Of a stretch of 64,000 nucleotides of DNA, positions 58,001 to 64,000 are shown piece by piece. The notes below the pieces were generated by a model. The model made no database searches, was not told where the DNA came from, and was given only the letters and a program-made list of their open reading frames with translations. Numbering within the stretch: position 1 is the first letter of the stretch; each line of letters begins with the position of its first letter. The position numbers were made by a program, and so were the translations under genes. Origin of the DNA: Chrysomallon squamiferum (lineage: Eukaryota; Animalia; Mollusca); contig CM022672.1 in assembly GCA_012295275.1 (NCBI GenBank), positions 34,720,001-34,784,000 on the forward strand. The letters run 5' to 3'.

Positions 58001-58721
58001 CATAAGACTGAATATTCAATCCTGAAATATCTACATATGCAGTGATTATGCTGGTAAATAGAAATACGTATGAATAGTGACATTGTAATAGAAAGAGATT
58101 ACTCATCAATGCATAAACTCAACCAGCTCGTTTCAAATATTATCCATGAATGTCTGTCCTAGATACGTGTTGTGAATCACATTAAGTACTGACCTCTTAG
58201 CTTGAAACTTTTGTCTCGTTATAGAAGAGTCAACTGATCTGTTTTCTCTACAAGATTATGTATCATTGTGCTGTTTGTTACATATACCTTGGTGTATGAA
58301 TAATATGTTTATATTACATTAAATACAACAATTTGTATTATTATCATTTATTTTATCGCATGAACAGTGACGGCATAGCAATAGTTTGCGTCAGTCGATC
58401 TAGGTCAAACAATCCTCATAAATTAAACGATTTCGCATTATGTATCTCTATAAATACTAGACAGAATGCATATGAAAAGTATTCTGTGTATTGTGACAAA
58501 ACTTTTGTACTAGTAAAACCTGTTTTCCTAGATCCAGATTTAATCTCAGTGTGTTTAATTTAACAGAATTACATAACTCTGTTCAAATCATGTTTGTATG
58601 AACTTTGTAACAGAATATATTAGATGGTGTTTGCCTTTTCTCATTGGTGAGTTGTTAAAACGGGTCTTGTGTCAGCTCTCAGTTTTATTTCAGGTTTGTT
58701 TGCCTACGAAACATTTTCACT

Positions 58722-58812
58722 ATGGATGGGTGCTGGATAAGTCTTCAGTTTCTAGTTTGTTGTTTAATTTTGCAGTCAGGAAAGACGACAGCTGGATATG
58801 GTAAGTTATAAA

Positions 58813-58859
<47 letters not shown>

Positions 58860-59350
58860 TATTATTATTATTATTATTATTACTATATTATTATTATTAT
58901 TATTATTATTATTATGTTGTTGCTGGTGTTGTTTTTATGTTGTTGGTCGTGTTGATGTTACATGCTTGAAAGAATTAGACAAATCTGATACCAGGAATCT
59001 TTAACTGTAATTGTACTTTCCTGTATATGAAGTCTGTCCTCATTTAACTCTAATAAGGACAGGATTTTAGGTTAAACGCCTGAATGCTTTTAGTAAAATA
59101 TAAAAGAAAAACGTTATACAAGCATTAATTATATTATTACTTTAATAGCAAAACAGTTTCTAAAATCAAATTATTTTAAAAGTTTTCATAGCAAAATTTG
59201 CTGCAGTTCTTTCCTTCGCCTATGTTGTTTTCATATCATAACCAGACCTCTAATTTAAAAGCGTTTTCTAAAGTCTACGTCACTTTCTCTCTTTTCATTA
59301 GAAATCTGGATTTGCTGCACTGATTCCTCTCTCTCTCTCTCCTCTCTCTC

Positions 59351-59382
<32 letters not shown>

Positions 59383-59489
59383 TGTATGTCTGTGTGTATG
59401 CAAATCTATGACCCGTTCGCTCCATCTCATGTTTACATAAATATATATATTTTTTTTTGCTGTTCAAAAATTTTTAAACATTGCAGTTG

Positions 59490-59530
<41 letters not shown>

Positions 59531-62500
59531 TAATGGCAATAAAAAGGGACATACGGATGGACAAACGGAAAGTTAACAAATAGACAGATCACATATAAGA
59601 TTCAAAATTGTATAGATGATACAAAGAACAGCAAGATAATTTTACTTCTCTCTCTTAAAGAGACTCAGACTGATAATTTTTGTCATTTTATAAAGTACAG
59701 TAAGATAATCTTACTTTCTTATTTATTACACAACGATCTGGCTGCAACGTGGATATGTTTTCTTTTTCTAATCTGTTATTTGATTGAGTCTTAATATTAA
59801 TTAGTATTTTTCAAAGACTAGTTAACTTACCGTCAGAAAAAAAAAATTCTAAAACGAATTTTCCATTAACATTATTATTGTTGCTATTTTCGTTGTCTTC
59901 ATTGCTGTTGTTGTAGTTAAATGTTTAGTGGTTGTGGTAAGGTAAAGCTAAAAAGAAAAAAAAAAAAAACATTTGTACCATTAAAGATGTAAGGTTTCAG
60001 TAGATATGAAAACCATTTCAAAATATCGACTTTAATGTAAGCAAGCCGAGATTTGGTAGCTATTTTTTTTTTTTTTTTTTTTTTTGACACTGACATTTGT
60101 ATAGAGATATATATGTAATAGAAAAACTTAATTTCACACACTTTGCTACTGATGATCATGATTAATATTTGAGTTATTTTAAATACTTACAGTTAATAAT
60201 AAGCATTAATTCATTGTTATTAATATAATTATGATGTCTTTAACATAAATCGGCAATATTTACTTTTACAACGTTTTCAAACGATGATAATAAACATATA
60301 TTAAAGCAACTCAACTATTTAAATTGTGTCAAAGACAACAGTTGCTATTGGAGAAGGAATGTTTTGGTTCACTATTAAAATGATATCAATTGAAGTAAAC
60401 AGCAAACTTTACCTTTCAATTTGCTTTTTCTTAATTTTTTAAGTTAGAAAGCCGTATATTTCAGTGTGAAACATTTTAGAAAAGCCAGACAAAAATAATG
60501 TTTTAAAATATGAATGTAAAAGTGATTAAAAAACGTGGTATGTGAAAGATAGTCAAACATATTTTTTGTTATCGAAGCAGTATCTATATAAGATTATCTG
60601 TATATAATTTATATAGTGATATATTACTATTCATTCAATCATTCAGTTATATGCGATATTTTTCAGTAAACGTAGCTCGGAATCAAAATGTGTATCAAAA
60701 TTCTTATTACTCGGGTTATGAAAAATTTGTTTCACGAGGCGTTGATGGAAAAATCAGAGGAACGTGGCGTTTTGTTATACACACAGCTACAAACCAGCCT
60801 TACACTTGATTTCTAGTTAGAGTTATACACACAGATACAAACCAGCCTTAAAAATGCATACAAAATTCTTGGGAAGTAGAGTTATACACACAGATACAAA
60901 CCAGCCTTACACGTGGTGGGAAGTAGAGTTATACACACAGATACAAACCAGCCTTACACTTGGTGGGAAGTAGATTTAGAAAAACCTTACTTTATCCATG
61001 AAGTTAAAATATATTTCAGAAATGACAGTAAGTATGAAAATTAAACTATGAATACACAAAAGAAATCTTAATAATAATTTTTGTTTGTGAATTATTAATT
61101 GTAAGTGAGGGACATGGACGTCAATGTTTCCTTGTTTTCCTTTTTGTTGTCGTTGTTGCTGTTGTTGTACAATTATTTCTGCATGTTACATATTATAAAA
61201 TTAGCTACAGTTTGTGTTTATAACGTTCCTGTGATATCATTATTGACTTATTGGAGTCATATTTATTATTTTTTTTTTTTTCAAAATCCATAAGTCCATG
61301 TTTTATCCGAAAATAGCAGCTTAAGACTGTGTTTGCAAAGTTTGATTGTTGACGGACTGTGTCAGTTGAAGTAAAAACATCTGAGCAAATCACCATGCGG
61401 TGTGGAACAGAGTCTAAGGATGTCTGAACACTTCTTAACGTGACCTGTGTTTAAACAAGTTGTGACGAAATAGTTTATTTATTCATTAATATTATTATGA
61501 AATTTTATCATGGAATTCCTTTTTTTTTTACACGCATTTATTTATTTATTTACTTTTTTATATTTATTTATTTGTGTTTGTTTGTTTGCTGTGGACGTCC
61601 TTGAATGCTGTATTTTTCACCTCATTATTTTCATTGCTTTCTTTGATAGTAGTTCCAGTTCTCGTATTGATTCAAATTTCTAAATACATTATTACACTGA
61701 ATTGTATCTAATTTAGTTAAATGGAGAAGAAATGGTGTACAGGTTTATGCTAACACAGCAGCGAGACAGTCTAACACAGGACATCTGTGTGGTACTGTTA
61801 CTGGTAGAAAAGATGGAACTGATATTCCTGATATTGTGAAAATCACTTGTAACGTCAACGCTAGATATGTGACTGTTTATCAAGGAACAGATAATGGACA
61901 GTCGACAGCACTGGACTTTGTAGAAGTGGAAGTCTACGGTAATTCAACACAGAATTGATATTTGTCATTAGTAACAATTACTGCTATATTGATTACTGGA
62001 ACTGCAGGAGGTCAGTCGAAATTCAAAACTTATTCAAACTGTTATATTTAATAATACACTTGGAAAACAGAAAACAAAGAACTTACATCAATGTTTAGAT
62101 GACTAGTATCTGTTCACAGTATATAATTCGTATATTTATTACTAATTTGAATTTATTCTGATGTGATTAAAAAGAAGAAATAATTAGTTGAGGATTAGTG
62201 AATTCAGATAATGAAATCATATATTATATCCGGCTCAACTTTAGAATGTTGCAGTCAGTCATTTCACGGTGAGGAGTTCACTATCCGTCATTTGGGGTGT
62301 TTTATTATTATTATTATTATTATTATCGGACAAAAAAAATATATAAACAAAACAGCTTTAAAAGTCTCTATGTAACTCTAATTTGAACTGGCAGATTTTT
62401 TTTTCTTTGGGGCGGGAGCGAAGAGAGAGATAAAAACACAGAAATGCTATATTAAATCTGTCTGGCTATTTTCTATAGTTGTTGTTGTTGTTGTTCTGTA

Positions 62501-64000
62501 CATGATTTGGAGTGTTGATCAGTCAGTCAGTTGATGGTTGGGAAATCTATATTTTTGACTGATGCATATTACTTTTATTATTTTTATTATATACAGTTCA
62601 AAACTTGTGATATGAAATAATTTTGAATAATTCATGTCCAGAATGTAAACAATATTTTGTATCTAAAATTATATTTAATTTTATGTGAATAATGCTATAC
62701 TTATATTGTTCTTGTTTTCTTTGTTTTCAACATATTTTTCTTAATATTTATAAGTATATATATATATTTGTAAAATAAAGTACAGTCGTGCAAAATAATT
62801 ATTTCCATTATCTAATTTAAAAAGAAATGACTACAGAAATACATTTCTGACCAAAGCCTAATGAATTATTTTGTTTATTCGATTTCATTGGTGACTTGAG
62901 CATGTTAGTCAGGTACTAACTGTAACAAACAAACTGGTGTGTATGGTTCTAACTGTGACAAGTGACTGTTTTAAAGAGAGTATAAATATTTTTCAGTATG
63001 TCAGACTGGTGTGTATGGTTCTAACTGTGACAAGTCATGTAATAAACGACACTGTGCTGTTTCCTCTCCCTGTGACACACAGACTGGGTCTTGTACTGGA
63101 GGATGTCAAGCTGGTTGGAGTGGAACTGATTGTACTCAAGGTGTTTATAAAATACTTTTTTCTTGATCAAGCTTTTCTGAATTATTTCTTAATTAGCACA
63201 ATGAAATATATTAATGCAGCACAGTTGTACTAAACAACTACAAATATTAGTTTTCATTGTGGTTTTAGAGAACTGCTCTTTTTTTACGCAATTGATAACG
63301 TTAATAAAAAACATAAAGCAAAAGAAATATCCACAGATAATAAAGGAGAAAACTAGTTACACAATTACTAAATGCACTTTATCTTTTTTTTGTAGTTTCA
63401 GTGTAAATGACGAAACAAATGGATGAACATTTTATGTCTTTTTTCTTATATTTTATTATATTATATGTCTCCTAGATTAATAACTAATAAGATGTTTTTA
63501 ACAGTTTGTGATTTAAGTATTTATTTGTTTGCCATTTTATTTATTTATTTAGTTAGTTAGTTATTGTTTTAGGTTTTTTTTGTTGTGTTTTTCTGTTGTA
63601 TAGTATGATCTGTTTTACGAAACTGTCACAAAATGGTTCGCTGATTCTGGGACCAAATGAAACAAAAATGTAGAGGAAAGAAGATGAAAATTAAAACATG
63701 AAAACATAAAAACTGATTTCATATTAGGCTTAAGTCAAAGCATATTGTCTATAATTTATTTGCATTGTGTTTATGAAATAGAAATTACACGTGTAATGAG
63801 AGAAAAAAGTACTTTTGTACTGTTTTCATGCTATATACATGTTTAAAACTTTAAGATTATGAACAGAAATGAGATAACGTTATTTATTTTATGACAGTTA
63901 TAAGGTACTGGAATACACTGTTGGCAAAAGAAATATATTATTACATTAAGAAGAATATAACATTATATGTTTACAAATCCATTTTAATATGCAGACTGAC
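58722..64000 (+). pseudogene. Copy 3 of the lectin-EGF-RPTP gene, 5' part, apparently disrupted; continues beyond the window
   Basis: Signal exon 58722-58800 intact. Lectin exon 60667-61027 carries a 154-nt insertion and TGA at 60807-60809. Lectin exon 61717-61938 and EGF exon 3 at 62997-63140 intact. The window ends in sequence matching the intron just upstream of EGF exon 8. Confidence 0.8.

Noticed and set aside
56626-58109. Multiple MYVC-repeat ORFs on the minus strand
   Set aside because: Translations of the (TACA)n microsatellite.

Overview
AT-rich, microsatellite-rich animal genomic DNA with spliceosomal GT-AG introns. An invertebrate, possibly a mollusc, is my inference and cannot be established from this window. 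The window holds a head-to-tail array (period about 29-30 kb) of three paralogous + strand genes that the ORF track shows only as fragments. Manual splicing gives a receptor protein tyrosine phosphatase: signal peptide, F-type (fucolectin-like) lectin domain, a variable number of 8-Cys MEGF10/Draper-type EGF modules (one symmetric phase-1 exon each), TM helix, acidic Tyr-motif juxtamembrane region, intact PTP D1, dead PTP D2 and a C-terminal YAN motif. Copy 1 (236-22625; 31 exons, about 1337 aa, 10 EGF) and copy 2 (30221-50976; 33 exons, about 1436 aa, 12 EGF) have open, phase-consistent models. Copy 3 (from 58722, runs off the window) has a scrambled lectin exon with stops and has lost most of its EGF stalk. 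Paralog divergence concentrates in the predicted sugar-binding loops and in stalk length, while the phosphatase stays near-identical, which suggests a diversifying glycan-sensing receptor family. Also present: a decayed Tc1 (DD34E) transposon, a 72-bp array built from a splice acceptor plus exon head, several decoy or dead exons, a possible cryptic small secreted-peptide (pseudo)gene in each spacer, a 16-bp satellite, a tRNA-derived SINE-like element and many microsatellites. All exon coordinates and difference counts were obtained by eye and need RNA and alignment confirmation.
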